NCBI GenBank assembly: GCA_976551045.1
Contig: CDPCPM010000056.1
Span: forward strand, 33,108,001-33,172,000
Origin: Glaucostegus cemiculus
Taxonomy: Eukaryota
Reading direction: 5' to 3'
Length of the DNA stretch: 64,000 nucleotides
The notes below the pieces were generated by a model, which worked only from the letters and a program-made list of their open reading frames with translations, was not told the origin of the DNA and made no database searches. Shown here piece after piece: positions 1 through 12,168 of this stretch. The stretch's first letter is position 1, and every line of letters starts with the position of its first letter. The position numbers were made by a program, and so were the translations under genes.

Positions 1-414
1 AAACCTAAATTAATTTATTTCATGTGTGATTCATATCATTGTTTCTTGATTCTTCATCAATTGTTTCTTGAGATGCTGCCTTGACTTTTACACTGTAGGT
101 CCAATAAATTGTTGGTATTGGTATGAAAAGCATGGTGTGGATCATAAGGTGCATTAGGACTAAATTTATCAAGAAATACTTTCATCTGTTTGACAGTATG
201 TTTTTCTCAGCATTGCACTTCCCCCCCCACCCCCAATTTCTTCAAGGTATTACACATCTGAGGAATTTACAGCAGTCTCATTGCTTCTGCCTGGCCCCAC
301 AATTCTTCATAATCTGTGTACATAATATCAAAATGGCACAGTGGGAGAACTTCCAGGTCTTGCACCAGGAAGTTATTGGATCAGGCTGACAATATTGCTC
401 CACTAATTGAAAAG

Positions 415-598
415 CAAAACCTGCAGATGATGGAAATCTGAAATAAGAGCTGCAAATGCTGGATATACGCAGCAGGTCAGGCAGCATCAGTAGAAAGAGA
501 AACAGTTAATAGTTCATGTCAGAACCAAAACATTAATTCTTCCTCTCTCCAAAATTCCTGTCCAAACTACAAAATTTTTCCAGTAGTTTCTCTTTTTA
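415..598. mobile_element. Short Penelope-derived terminal-repeat element, inverted pair of arms with the hammerhead centre largely deleted
   Basis: The left arm gatggaaatctgaaataa...gcaggtcaggcagcatc...gagaaacagttaat is the reverse complement of the decayed right arm aaaacattaattct..ctctctcca...tttttccagtagtttctc. The same family occurs at 16575-17222 and 46190-46290. Confidence 0.6.
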
Positions 599-599
599 A

Positions 600-905
600 T
601 GCTGTTACAGTATTGCTTTTTGTCTGATACATTAAATCAATCCACCCTCCACTCACACAGTTATAGGTAAAAGATCCCACAGTACTATTGCAATGTTTGT
701 GCAGTTCCTTTAGGTGTCCTGGCCAATATCTATCAATCAATCCCTAAAAATAAATTATTGGGTTAATATCATAATCTGTTTCTAAGACTCCTCTTCATAT
801 TGGTTCTAGAGTGTATGAGGGTAGTTACATCTCAACAGTACTTTATTTTCCTTCACATACGTCATTGACTTCATGTCCCTGAGGTGAAACAAGATCCCAT
901 AAATT
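600..905 (+). mobile_element. Deu-domain SINE remnant (SacSINE1/AmnSINE1-like)
   Basis: Contains gtaaaagatcccacagtactatt and ggtgtcctggccaatat, matching my recollection of the DeuSINE central domain. Confidence 0.6.
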
Positions 906-2581
906 CTGAGTTTGGCCAATACAGCACTCAAGGGCACACTTCTGCACAGGCTTTATTGGGAAAATGGCACTTCTTCATCTATACCTGATTATTCCTTTCT
1001 ACGTGCATCATCTGGCCTCATATCCTCACTTACACTGTCTCCATGCCTAGCTGAGATTTCCTAAGTTGTTGCCTGGGCAGTGAGAAAGCAAGTGTGGCTG
1101 GAGTACCTTAAGAACAGGTTGAATCAGACAAATATGGGTCACAAATTCCAAAGAGTCTCTTAGAGCTCTGTCACCATCGTCAGATAGAAAGAAATAACTT
1201 TTCATTTTCATCCTTATTATCCTCAATTTCGTCCTCTTCATCTGCCTCTGCCCCCATTGTTGTGATGGAGCTCGAAAGAATAAAGACTTCAGCCAAAATT
1301 TGGTGAGCATAACTCTTTGATTAATAAATCAGAGGAAGTTAATGACTGTCTGCTACTTTACATGGGTGACACATTGATTGTCTGAATCAGACACCAACAA
1401 TGGTCATGCATTAGTTACTGAACTAATAAGTCAGACAACTTGAGTGCATATCTCATCTAGGTACCTTGAGAATTTGAATTCAATTTAAATAAAGACACTT
1501 TTAAAGCAGCAAAAGAAAGACACCTCTTGTAAAAGTAGGCTCCATTTGTTGAAAATATATAGTGAAACAAAATTGGATAGGAAATCCAGAAATGAAAACA
1601 CATGGGTAAGCAAAATAAGTATAAATTTCCAAACTGCCTTTCCTGCGAGTTTAAATTGATTGCCTTCATAAATGTACAAACCATTTGTTCAAGAAAAGAT
1701 GTGCTTCATGCTTTCAGTGAACCCACTGGGTACATTGGACTGGATTATCCTGGATCTGGTCCACTGCCCAAAGGTTCTTAACCATTCACATTTCACTTGT
1801 GCCAGATAGCAAGGACTGGCCATGCTGATCATCCTTGCCTGAGCAGGAGCAGATGACATTCTTGAAGCAGGGGTAAGGCACCAGGGGACATCCTGGGGTC
1901 CATCACCAGGACCTATTAGTTGCCTTTGACAGTTTGTTGAAGCCAAAGACTTTTTTAATTTTCTCTGATTGTTAAAGATTTATAAAAATGGGAAAACAAG
2001 AATTTAAAACAATAGATATGAGATAGTTATTTGACTTTATTTTAATGCAACAATAAGTGCGTAAAAATAAAGTCAACTAAGTGTATCACATACTTCCCTG
2101 TTTTTACAGGGGCACCAACTCCATTTAAATGAATAAAAGATGCAGAGTGCATGTTGTCCCCCCTCCCTCAGTACATCAGTGCTCCGCTGGCAGATCCTGT
2201 GCTGAGTCCACTGTCGAGGGGGAAGTGAAATGAGCTAGCATCTGACCTAGAGCTCATCTCAGATGTCCATCTTTCAGCAGATAGGCACAGGTGCAGAAAC
2301 TATTTGAACAATGAGAAGGTGATAGCTGGTTGTTTCCTATAGAAAGGCCAGCAAAAGGTAAGTATAACAGCTCATTATTGATGCTAATTGTAATTGCACC
2401 ATTCCATTTGTTTCATTGTATGTTGCTTTCCCCTCACACTGTTGAAACAATTTTTGTCTACAGAAAGAATGAGGATCTAATTCAGAATCACACAATACAA
2501 TATAAAGAAGAAAGAGTGTGATTTCCATCACGCAATGAAGATCATTGTTTTCTAATCATCTTGTTTTTGTCAATCCATTAG

Positions 2582-2733
2582 GTTGGCGTCCGGCAGGCAA
2601 GGGATTCATATCAAGAACTTCAACACCAGATCTATCCTCACTGTTACTAACATTACAGAGGATCACTATGGCAACTACACATGTGTGGCTGCCAATAAGC
2701 TAGGGACAAGTAGTGCCAGTCATTTTCTACACA
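2582..2733 (+). CDS. NEGR1: IgLON family, neuronal growth regulator 1: internal exon encoding the C-terminal half of Ig domain 3
   Basis: Branch-like ctaat at 2552, pyrimidine tract, acceptor AG 2580-2581 and donor GTAAGT at 2734; 152 nt, phase 2 to phase 1. Encodes [50 protein letters not shown]. This has the I-set Ig motif GNYTCVA and closely resembles human NEGR1 as I recall it ([41 protein letters not shown]). Confidence 0.93.
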
Positions 2734-3799
2734 GTAAGTCTTGTGAAAGATTCCTGCATTCATTATTATATTTCAAAATGAACACTGTGATGGTGAAATG
2801 GATTTAAGAGAGCTGGATATACATTTTTATTTCATTATATTTTGATATATTGTCAAATCCAAGCTGTGTAATTCCAGTTATGAGTTCTTTTAACTTAACA
2901 ATTAAATTATCGTGCTTCCCTTTTGGATTAGTGGATAAGCATGGAATGAGTTGTAGTATTGACCAATATTGAATATTCACCAATAACATTCTCAACACAT
3001 GAGAAATGGCTGTCTGAGCCAGGTGTTCTAAGGTATCCCCTCATTTTCCCACTTCACACATATTGAATCATATCCTATCATGCTAGTGATTATGGAAAGG
3101 AAGCAAGTAAATTAGCAAAAAAAAAGTTAAACCATATTGCCCTTATTTGATTTTATGTCCAAAGAATATGTAGCACCAGGTATAGTGTAATGACAAGCAA
3201 CTTATGTGGAAATTTTTTTCAACTTCCTAAGATACCAGATAAAGATAACTGTTTGCTTGGTCAAAGGAATTTCCATTCTTGTTGTCGCTTCCAGTCATTT
3301 TAAGGTGGTCGTAGAATTAGTGCTGGATGCAGCATTGTACTCATGTTTAGAGAATTTCAATTCTCTGTTCCTCATATGGCATCTTTAAGTTTCACTGTTT
3401 CAGTAACATACCTAGTGTTGAATTTGAAAGATGGAAAAGGGGAAGACAAATAATTAGTCTAACATAAAGGCCCATTTTTGGAAAAAATCAAAATCCTCCT
3501 CGATATCCCTGCAACATGCTGTATACCTCAAGGTTGTTCTGTCTCTCTTTTCTGCCTCAGCTCTTTACAGTCTTCTGAAAAGCACTCACTGCCTGACTGC
3601 CTCCAGGTTTCATGGGTCTCCTTTTCATTTTATAAATCTGATTCCAACAGCAGTGTTTCAATAGAAGCTTCTAAACTTCCTTCCCAAGAATTTAACCTAA
3701 TAGCCCAGTTTGGCACGGCCTCCAAGTTCAATGAGCATGCCTGATTGCTCAAATTTCAAGTAATCTTTCCCTGCCTCTTGATGCCCTATCTAAAATCTA

Positions 3800-4230
3800 A
3801 TTTTTTTTTGTTTCAAAAATATATGATGTATGTATCTAATACAAAACATTCATGTCAGCACTTTCATCACAGGTCACGTTACTTCCAATTACAATGCTAG
3901 CATGAAATTAATTATTGTTTATGTACAAGCTTTGAACAAACAGTTCATGGAGTTTTAACATGGATTCCATTAGTGTGCATTGATAAGACATCCTCCAACT
4001 ATGGCCCTTCCTTTACAGTGACTATACCCAGTGTCAGCCTGTTCCTCAGTGCTTAGCCCTGGACCTTAGATTGTTCCAGTTTGCAGCATGTAGTCACAGA
4101 TACCATATTGCACTGGAAGACCAGTGAGTTTCAGGCAGGCTAGAGGGCAACTTTCACCAGGCTTTCACCTAGTAGCTGCTGATATTTATGACAGTGTTTT
4201 TCCTTGAGTACAGTCCTAACAACATAGGAA
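3800..4230 (-). mobile_element. Tx1/L1-clade LINE 3' fragment (decayed)
   Basis: T-rich tail tttttttttgtttcaaaaatatat. The segment gcactggaagaccagtgagtttcaggcag is homologous to 4536-4565 of the adjacent Tx1 copy. Confidence 0.55.
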
Positions 4231-6045
4231 TCTAATTTTTATTTCCAAAAATATATTTTAATCATAATGATATACAGTAAATACCATTAGGGCATGTCTT
4301 TCTCTGTGATCATTGAATCATCAGTTCAGTACATTCTCTTGCAATGTGTCAGTGCCACTCACGTTTCCTCCTTAAACAATGCTCCCATGAAGCATTTGAG
4401 AGGCTGTTACATAGGGCCCAGCCTCTCAGTGTTCAGTGGTGGCAGGACCCTAGACTGTGTTCCTATGCTTCAGGGCATCCCTCAGCACATACTCCTGTGT
4501 CTTGAAATGTGCATTTGCTTTGTGGATCTCTTCTTACACTGGAAGCCCAACAAGTTTCGGGCAGACCAATGTGTATCTTTCAACCAGTTGGTGATCTTCC
4601 AGCAGCAGTTGATAATCATCTCAGTATGCATCCCTGGGAAAACCTTGTGGAGCACAGAGTCCTGTGCTATACATTTGCTAGGGTTGAACCTCAAAATGGA
4701 CCTCTGAATCACTTTCTAGACATTCTTGGCAAATGCACAGTCCATGAGGAAGTGAACGATCATATCAACCACACCACAGCTATCTTGAGAGCAACATGAG
4801 GCAGGATTGAGACACCAGTTAGACATGAAGGATCTGATGGGCGGGTCCCTCTCATTGCCAGCCAAGTGAGGTCTTCATGAAGACACAAGGGACTGCAGCT
4901 GCTGGAATCTGGAGCAAAAAAAAAACTGCTGGAAGAACTCAGTGGGTCAGGCAGCAATCTGTGGAGGCAGAGGGATGGTAGACATTTTGGATCAAGATCA
5001 GGACTGAGAGTGTAAATGGGATATATCCAGTATAAAGAGGTGAGGGGGAGAGTTGAGGCAGGAAGCGGCAGTTGATGGGTGGATCCAAGTGGATCCAGGT
5101 AGAGCCAGGTGGGGGAGGGAAGGGTGCAGATAGCGACAGAGGCTGGGAGGTGATGTGGAGACAACAAAGGGCAGCAGATTATGGAATCTCATAAGAAAGG
5201 AAGGTGATGAGTGGAAGCAGCTAAAGGAGGGATAGTGAGCAAATGGGAACTGTGGGGGGAGTGGGTGGGAGGATAAGGGTACCGGTGGTTAACTGGTGGG
5301 TTAAGGGTGAATGGAACCAGGTGGGGGAGGGGAAAGAAGCAGGGTAATAGGGGGCCGCTGAGGGTTTTGAAAGGAAGGGTGTGTGTGAGAGGACCTGCAT
5401 ACATCAGAAGAAGAAAGAAAAGAACAGGTGGGGTGCAAGTTACCCGAAATTATAGAATTCAACATTCATGCCAATGGGTTTTAGATTTCCCAAGCGGAAC
5501 ATGAAGTGCTGTTCCTCTGGTTTGTGTCTGGCTTCACCTGGCAGTGGAGGAGGCTGAGAACACACAGGTCAGTGTCAGAGGGAAAATGGCTTGCAGCTGG
5601 GAGTTCAAGATGGCCATGGTGGACAGAGCATAGGTGCTCAGCAAAGTGGCCGTTTGGTCTCACCGATGTAGAGGAGGCCACATTGGGAGCACTGAATGGA
5701 GTAAACAAGGTTGGAGGAATTGTATGTGAAACTCTGCCTCACCTGGAGGTGCTGGTCAGATCCCTGGATGGTGGTGGGAGAGGACATGAAGGGATGGGTG
5801 TTGCACCTCCTACAGTTGCAGGGGAAAATGCCAGGGAATTGGGAAGGATGGGTGAGGAGGGAAGATGAACCAGGGATTATGGAGAGAGCGGTCCCTGTGG
5901 AAAGCAAAAGGGGTGGGAAGATGTGCCTGGTTGTGGGATCACATTGCAGCTGGTGGGAGTGATGAAGAATGATGTGCTGGATGTGGAGTCTGGCAGGGTG
6001 AAAGGTAAGGACCAAGGGAACTCTGTCTCTGTTCTGTCTGGGGGG

Positions 6046-6318
6046 ATGCTGTGGAGGGAGTCTCCAGTTTTAAATTCCTGGGGGCACACATCACCGAGGA
6101 CTTCTCCCGGGCAATACACACCTCAGCTGTCATTAGGAAGGCACAGCAATGCTTCTACTTTTTGAGGAAATTGAGGAGAGCCAGACTGTCTCAGAACATT
6201 CTGGTGAACTTCTACCAGTGTGCAGTGGAGAGCATCCTGACATACAGCATTACTGCTTGGTATGCCAGCTGCACCAGGAAGGAGCAGAAGGCTCTGCAGA
6301 GGGTCATCAAGACGGCCC

Positions 6319-6362
<44 letters not shown>

Positions 6363-6655
6363 ATGTCCTCTCCCCTTCACCAGCCGGACTCACCATGGTG
6401 TTACCTAATGACCTATGCTGCTATATTGATATTGATATGCTACTGATTATCATTATTATTACTATCATGGTTCATTTGCACACTGCCTCTTTATATTTTT
6501 ATACTTTATATTTGTGTAAGTATGTTTGGTTCTATTTTCATAGTCATAATCACTCTTAGCAATTTATTAGGCAAGGGGGTGTCATCGTAATTTTGTTGTG
6601 TTGTTGTTCTGCAACAGTACAATGACAAATAAAGAAATCTTGAAATCTTGAAATG
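6046..6655 (+). mobile_element. Rex1/Babar-type LINE, 5'-truncated, nested in the Penelope copy
   Basis: Peptide VSSFKFLGAHITED...KAQQCFYFLRKLRRARLSQNILVNFYQCAVESILTYSITAWY, and a 3' tail aatgacaaataaa-gaaatctt-gaaatctt-gaaat. Confidence 0.8.
6322..6361. repeat. (AC)n microsatellite
   Basis: About 20 AC units, directly visible. Confidence 0.97.
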
Positions 6656-7944
6656 GAGGAGATGTAGATGAGGGCTCCATCAATCACAGTAGAGGAGAAA
6701 CCTGGAGTTGCAAGCCTCAGCTCAAGAACAGATGTGGCGCAGATAGAGAAACTGAGAGAAAGGCATGGCATCAGTACAAGAGAGAGTGCAGGAGAAGGTG
6801 TGGTCAAGATAACTGTGGGAGTCAGTGAGTTCTCATAAATGTCAGTAGATAGTTCATCTACAAGAGATGCAGATGCTGGAATATGGAACCAAAAAACAAG
6901 CTGCTGAAGGAACTCAGCGGGTCAGGCAGCATCTGTGGAGACAAAGGGATAGTCAATGTTTTGGGATGCTGGAACCTGGAGGTGCTTGAGATTGTTTGTG
7001 AGGTCTAGTGATTAGCCATTCTTCCAAATGGCTTTGATAGATTGCTTGGGGAACCAGTCCACCCTAGCTACTGTCCCTTCCTCCCACACAGCCTCCAGTG
7101 TCTTCCGTACTGACCACTGTCTTATGGTCTTTCTGTGGTCAAAGGTGTTTGCAACACAAGGGACAGGTTGAACCTCAACACATAGTGACACCTGGTGTTT
7201 GTGTACTCTGGCTCTACGCATGGCTTGATGCAGCCACACTCAAAGGTAGAGCCACACACATTTTTGTCTCCACACACATTTTTGTCTCCACACACATCTG
7301 GGGAGAATTGTGAATTGTACATCACATGAATTGTACATCATAACCCAAGGGAAGTGATCCATCCTGGATCTTCAAATGCAGCAGAAATCAGCTCAGGTGA
7401 CTGTCATGAAACAGGACTGGGTATGGGTTATCTCCACATCACATACAGTGACACTAAGAGGCCTCACGCCTGCCTCTCACCTCATCGAGAGGAAGTGCTG
7501 CACCCACATTCACCATGGCTATCCACTCCAGCCAATTCTTGCACGTGCCCTGGTTCCTCTGATCTAGATTCCCAGCACCTTCAGGTAGTCAGACTTGACA
7601 GTGAAGTGAGCAGAGGATTGTTTAGGCCAATTGCCAAAGCGGGTGGCCTCACTCTTGCCGAGACTGATTCTAGTTCAAACTGGTTGCAGATGCTGATCAA
7701 TCTGTGGATCCACTGTGGCTCCAAGCAGAAGACAGTGTCAACGTCCATGTTCAGGGATCTGAGTGCCTCCACTGCCTGGCATTGTCACCCCTATAATACC
7801 CATGTCATTCCTGATGGATTCAGCAAAAGGCTCAATACAACACACAAACAAAACAAAGGAGAGAGAGGAGAGAGGTCAGCTTGTCTGACTGGATTTGATT
7901 AGGAAGCTTTCTGTTTCCCACCCATTAACTTGGACGGCACTACA

Positions 7945-8057
7945 ATTTTGTTTTTTAATTTTATTTACAGCGCGGTAACAGGCCCTTTCGGCCCAACGAG
8001 TCTGCGCCGCCCATTTTAAATCCCCAAATTAACCTACCCGTACGTCTTTCAGAATGT
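7945..8057 (-). mobile_element. Young V-SINE/HE1-like 3' fragment
   Basis: CpG-rich ttacagcgcggtaacaggccctttcggcccaacgagtctgcgccgcccatttt...gtacgtctttc is the reverse complement of the CR1-derived SINE tail plus the edge of the V domain. Confidence 0.7.
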
Positions 8058-8094
8058 CTATGTAGAGCAGATGTATCCAATTCCTGTTTCCCTC

Positions 8095-8375
8095 CCTTAA
8101 GCCTGTTTTACACTGTTCACTCTACCACCAATTTTGGTGTCATCTGCAAACATACTAATCACGCCACCTACATTCTCTTCCAGATCAATAAGATATATGA
8201 TGAACAACGTGGACCCAGCACTGATCCCTGTGGCACACCACCAGTTATCGGTCTCCAATCAGAAAAGCAGCCCTCCACTACCACCCTCTGTCTCTTTCCA
8301 CCAACCCAATTTTATATCCAATTAGCTATCTATCACACTGGATCCCATCTGTTCTAACCTTCCGGACCAGTAGCA
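8095..8375 (-). mobile_element. CR1 LINE reverse-transcriptase fragment
   Basis: accaccaattttggtgtcatctgcaaacatactaatc reads ISMFADDTKIGG on the minus strand; GVPQGSVLGP is also encoded at about 8210-8240. Confidence 0.85.
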
Positions 8376-9850
8376 TACAGTAACATAGTAACATTTTAAT
8401 CCTCCTCCTCTACCTTGCAGAGGTCAACTGTCGGATGCCTCCTTATGCCTTCCTCTGGACCACGACCCCACCAACGAATACCGGGCCACTCTCTCTAAAC
8501 TGTCACAGATCTCATCACATCACGTCATCACATTCGATCTCATCTCCACAGCCTCCAACCTGATGGTACCCCAACCCCTCATTTTTGGCTTTTATCTCTT
8601 ACCCAAGGTCCATAAACAGGACCATCCTGGTAGGCCCATTGTTTCTGCCTGCTTCTGCCCCACTGCCTTATTTCCTCATATCTTGAGTCTCCCCTGCCTC
8701 CCTTAGTCCAGTCCCTTCCCACCTACATCTGGGACACCTTACATGCCCTCCAGCATTTTGACAACTTCCAATTCCCTGGTCCCCACCAGGGAATGTCCAG
8801 TCTTTATGTACTTCCATCCCCCATCAGGAAGGTCTAAAAACCTCCACATCTTTCTACGACAAAGATGCAACCAGTTCCCCACCACCAACACTCTCATCCA
8901 CCTGGCTGAACTTGTTCTTACCCTTAAAAACTTCTCTTTTGACTCTCTTCACTTCCTACAAATCAAATGTGTAGCCATTGGGACCCGTATGGGCCCTAGC
9001 TATGCCTGTCTTTTCATTAACTATGTGGAGCAGTCCCTGTTCCAAACCTTATCTGGTACCATTCCACATACTCTTTCTCTGTAACATCGATGACTGCATT
9101 GGTGCTGCTTCCTGCACCCATGCAGAACTTGTCAGTTTTATCACCTTCACTACTAACTTACACATTGCTCTCAAATTCACCTGGGCTATTTCTGACTTTT
9201 CTCCCTTTTTGGATCTCTCCATCTCAGGAAACAAACGATCCACTGATATTTACTATAAACCCACCAACTCCCACAGATGCCTAGACTACACCTCACCCCA
9301 CCCTGGCTCTTGTGAGGACACCATCCCTTTCTTCTAGTTTCTCTGTCTCTACTGCATCTGCTCTCAAGATGAGGCCTCCCATTCAGGTACATCTGAAATG
9401 TATTCCTTTTTCAGGAAACTTGGCTTCTTCTCTACAATGGTTGATGGAGCCATCTCTCAAATTTCCTCTGTTTCTCAGACTTCTGCTGTCATCCCACCAC
9501 CCTCCAAACAGATCAGAGATTGAGTGTCCCAAGTCTTCACCTTTCACCAAACTAGCCTCTGCATGTAGCACATAATCCTCCATTATTTCCACCAGCTGCA
9601 ATGAGATCCCACCACAAGCCACATCTTCTACTCCCTACACTTTTCTACCTTCCACAGGGTTTCCCTGGTCTGCTCATCCCTCGCCAGCCACCCCTCCCTG
9701 ACCCCTGGCACTTTCCGCTGAACCACGTAAAGTACAACACCTGTCCCTAAACTTACTCCCTCACCACCATCCAGAGACCTGAACAGCCCTTCCAGGTGAG
9801 GCAGAGAAGCACATGTGCCTCCTCCAACCTTATCTACTGCATTCGGTGCT

Positions 9851-10012
9851 CATAAGAACATAAGAAATAGGAGCAGGAGTAGGCCAATCTGGCCCGTCGA
9901 GCCTGCTCCGCCATTCAGTAAGATCATGGCTGATCTGGCCTGGACTCAGCTCCACCTACCTGGCTTTTCCCCATAACCCTTAATATCCCTACTGTGCAAA
10001 CATCTATCTAAC
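9851..10012 (-). mobile_element. CR1 LINE 3' end inserted in the Penelope GIY-YIG domain
   Basis: Tail cataagaacataagaaataggagcaggagtaggcc...gcctgctccgccattca splits the CIRC-S-xCG codons of the host element. Confidence 0.85.
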
Positions 10013-10710
10013 TGGTCCTGATGTGGCCTCCCCTATGTTGGCCACACCAAGCACAGAATATAGGACCAATTTGCAGAGTATCTGTGTTCTGTCCACTGTG
10101 GCCATCCAAAGCTCCTGGTTCCATGCCATTTCAACCCCCATTCCCCCACTGACCTGTTTGCACTCAGCCTTCTCTACTGCCAGGGTGAGGGCCAACATAA
10201 GGGCCCAACACAAACTAGAGGAACAACACCTCGTATTCCACCTGGAGAGTTTACAACTCAATGGCATGAACATTGAATTTCAGGTAACCCTCACCTCTTA
10301 TGTTCCCCCTCCCCTTCCATCTGATCTACCTCCAGTCCTCCCATTTTTGTTCACCTTACCAAACCCTTCCCCCTCCAGCCACCCATCACCCATTTTCATC
10401 CCCTTCCTTCTCCTGATTCCATCCGCCTACCACCTACACATTTCACCCAGAGATCTCATCCCCCATCTGGTTCCATCTGCCCTTCACATCTCCCATTATC
10501 ACCTTCTTACCTATCAGATTCCAGTACTGTTAGCCTTTGTGTTCCTGTTTATCACCCTCCTTGCTGTCTCCACCTTCACCCTCCCCACCCCTCACTTGGC
10601 TCCATCTACTTGTCATCCTTCACTCCTCCTCTGTCCACCAATCGCCTACTGGCTTCTGTCTCACTCTTCCCCCTCTTCTCTTTATTCTGGTTCTCTTCCC
10701 CCTCTATTTT

Positions 10711-10746
10711 CAGTCCTGATGCAGGGTCCAGACCCAAAATCTTGAC
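10711..10746 (+). ncRNA. Decayed minimal type-I hammerhead ribozyme motif
   Basis: CAGTC-CTGATGCA-GGGTC-ca-GACCC-AAAA-TCTT-GAC. Stems I and II are intact; G12 and stem III are mutated. Confidence 0.6.
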
Positions 10747-11671
10747 AATATCTTTCCCTTCATGGATGTTGCTCAACCAACTGAGTTCCTCCAGTAGATT
10801 GTTCGTTGACAAAATGTAGCCTTGCAAATATATTTCAATTTTCAGTAGAATATGCAAGACTGTCTTAGATAATCAGAGCGTGTAGGATAAATATGCTGTC
10901 TGGTGATGTCAATACAATCAGCAGGTCTTTACCCTGCATTCTTATGCAGATGAGGATGGTTTCTAGGCTCATCAAGTTGTTCAATATGTGGGTGGAGGTT
11001 CTGCCAATGTTACTTCCATTCTAAACAGCCATCGTTAGATTGATGAGGGAAAGGGAACTTGGTGTTTCAAAAACAATATACTGCATATGCTGGAAATCTA
11101 ATGCACAAACAGAAATTTTTGTAAATTCTCAGTCGTGAGTCAGTATGTGTGGAAAAAAAAACTCATGTTTCAGATCAGTGATGTTGCATCATGCCCAGTG
11201 TTGCATCTCACATGAAAGACATTGAATGAACCAAGGCCAACCTTGGCATTTTGTGCCAGGATCACTTGGGCACTAGAGTTTGGAAGAGCAATAAGTCAGT
11301 CAGAACCTCTCGTTGATGCTAAGCATCTTGGACCTGTGGCAGGTGGTTATTGCCAAACCCAAGAGATGATACACCATCAAATCCTCCAGTCTGAGACAAG
11401 ATGGGCTTAATCATTCTGAAGTTGGACACCATCCATCCTCAAACCCTAGCCCATATTAACATGGTATGGCTGTATGGGTCCAATTATCCCGGGCCTCACT
11501 ATTCCAGAATCAGGTAGTGAAAAGCATACAAGGTTTCAGCATTCTGCCGAGGCGCTGTCCCCAGAATCCCTGACAGCCTTTGACAGGAGGTAAGGCTGGG
11601 ACTAGAGTTGTCCTCCTGTCAAAGTTTGTGGGGTTTCAGAACAGATTTTGGATATCTCAGATATTCAGAGG

Positions 11672-12168
11672 TGAGCAGCCCAGTGGTGCAACTAGTAGAG
11701 CTGCTGCCTCACAGCTCCAGTGACCCAGGTATAATTCTGACTTAGCTGTAAATGGGTAGTTGATGGTTGCCGAGGACTTGGTGGGCCGAAGGCCTGTATC
11801 TGTGCTGTATGTCTCTATGGCTGTGTGGAGCTTGCACGTTCACACTGTGACTGTGTGGGTTTTACCCATGTGCTCTAGGTTCCCCTCGCATCACAAAGAT
11901 GCATGTGTTAATAAGTTAACTGGTGAGTATAAATTGCCCCTCATGTGTTAATAATAATAACTGGCCACTATAAATTGCCTCTCAGGTGAATCAAGAAGAA
12001 GTTGACAGGAGTGTGGAGAGAATAAAATAGGATAGTGGACACCATCCTATCCTGTAGGACACTGTAGGACACTGTAGGACAGTGGGCATTTAGGATAGTA
12101 TAAATTGGTGCTTGCTGGTTGGCGCAGACTCAGAGTGCTGAAGGCCCTGTTTCCATGCTGTATGACTT
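11672..12168 (+). mobile_element. V-SINE (HE1-like) with a nested SINE tail and internal duplications
   Basis: tRNA-like head cagtggtgcaactagtagagctgctgcctcacagctccagtgacccaggt, V domain gggttttacccatgtgctctaggttccc and a CR1-like tail. Also an extra tail at 11747-11820, a 40-bp duplication at 11902-11982 and (ctgtaggaca)x3 at 12052-12081. Confidence 0.8.

Larger units (their letters stand above)
4888..6965 (-). mobile_element. Penelope-like retroelement (GIY-YIG endonuclease region) flanked by direct terminal repeats
   Basis: ORF 5638-6015(-) gives YNSSNLVYSIQCSQCGLLYIGETKR, a GIY-YIG motif with CxxC. Direct repeats gctggaat..aactcag(t/c)gggtcaggcagc..tgtggag lie at 4888-4990 and 6862-6965. 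Confidence 0.88.
4233..7915 (-). mobile_element. Tx1-clade LINE ORF2 fossil, interrupted by a Penelope insertion (4888-6965)
   Basis: Minus-strand peptides NTFDHRKTIRQWSVRKTLEAVWEEGTVARVDWFPKQSIKAIWKN, then HEDLTWLAMRG, then QDSVLHKVFPGMHTEMIINCCWKITNWLKDTHWSARN resemble the Tx1 ORF2 zf-RVT/C-terminal region. The reading continues across the insertion. Confidence 0.8.
8395..10820 (+). mobile_element. Penelope-like retroelement, degenerate RT plus GIY-YIG plus terminal repeat
   Basis: Peptides LAELVLTLKNFSFDSLHFLQIKCVAIGTRMGPSYACLF, NIDDCIG (RT catalytic motif), IYYKPTNSH and SNLIYCIRC..CGLPYVG, with many stops and frameshifts. Hammerhead-like terminus at 10711. Confidence 0.9.

Noticed and set aside
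7354-7902. 182-aa plus-strand ORF
   Set aside because: It is antisense to the Tx1 RT fossil and has no recognisable domain or splice signals.
10023-10745. 240-aa Pro/Leu/Ser-rich ORF, the longest in the window
   Set aside because: It is the end of the Penelope ORF running into its pyrimidine-rich 3' region, which lacks stops by composition. The same applies to 40101-40691 and 4760-5167.
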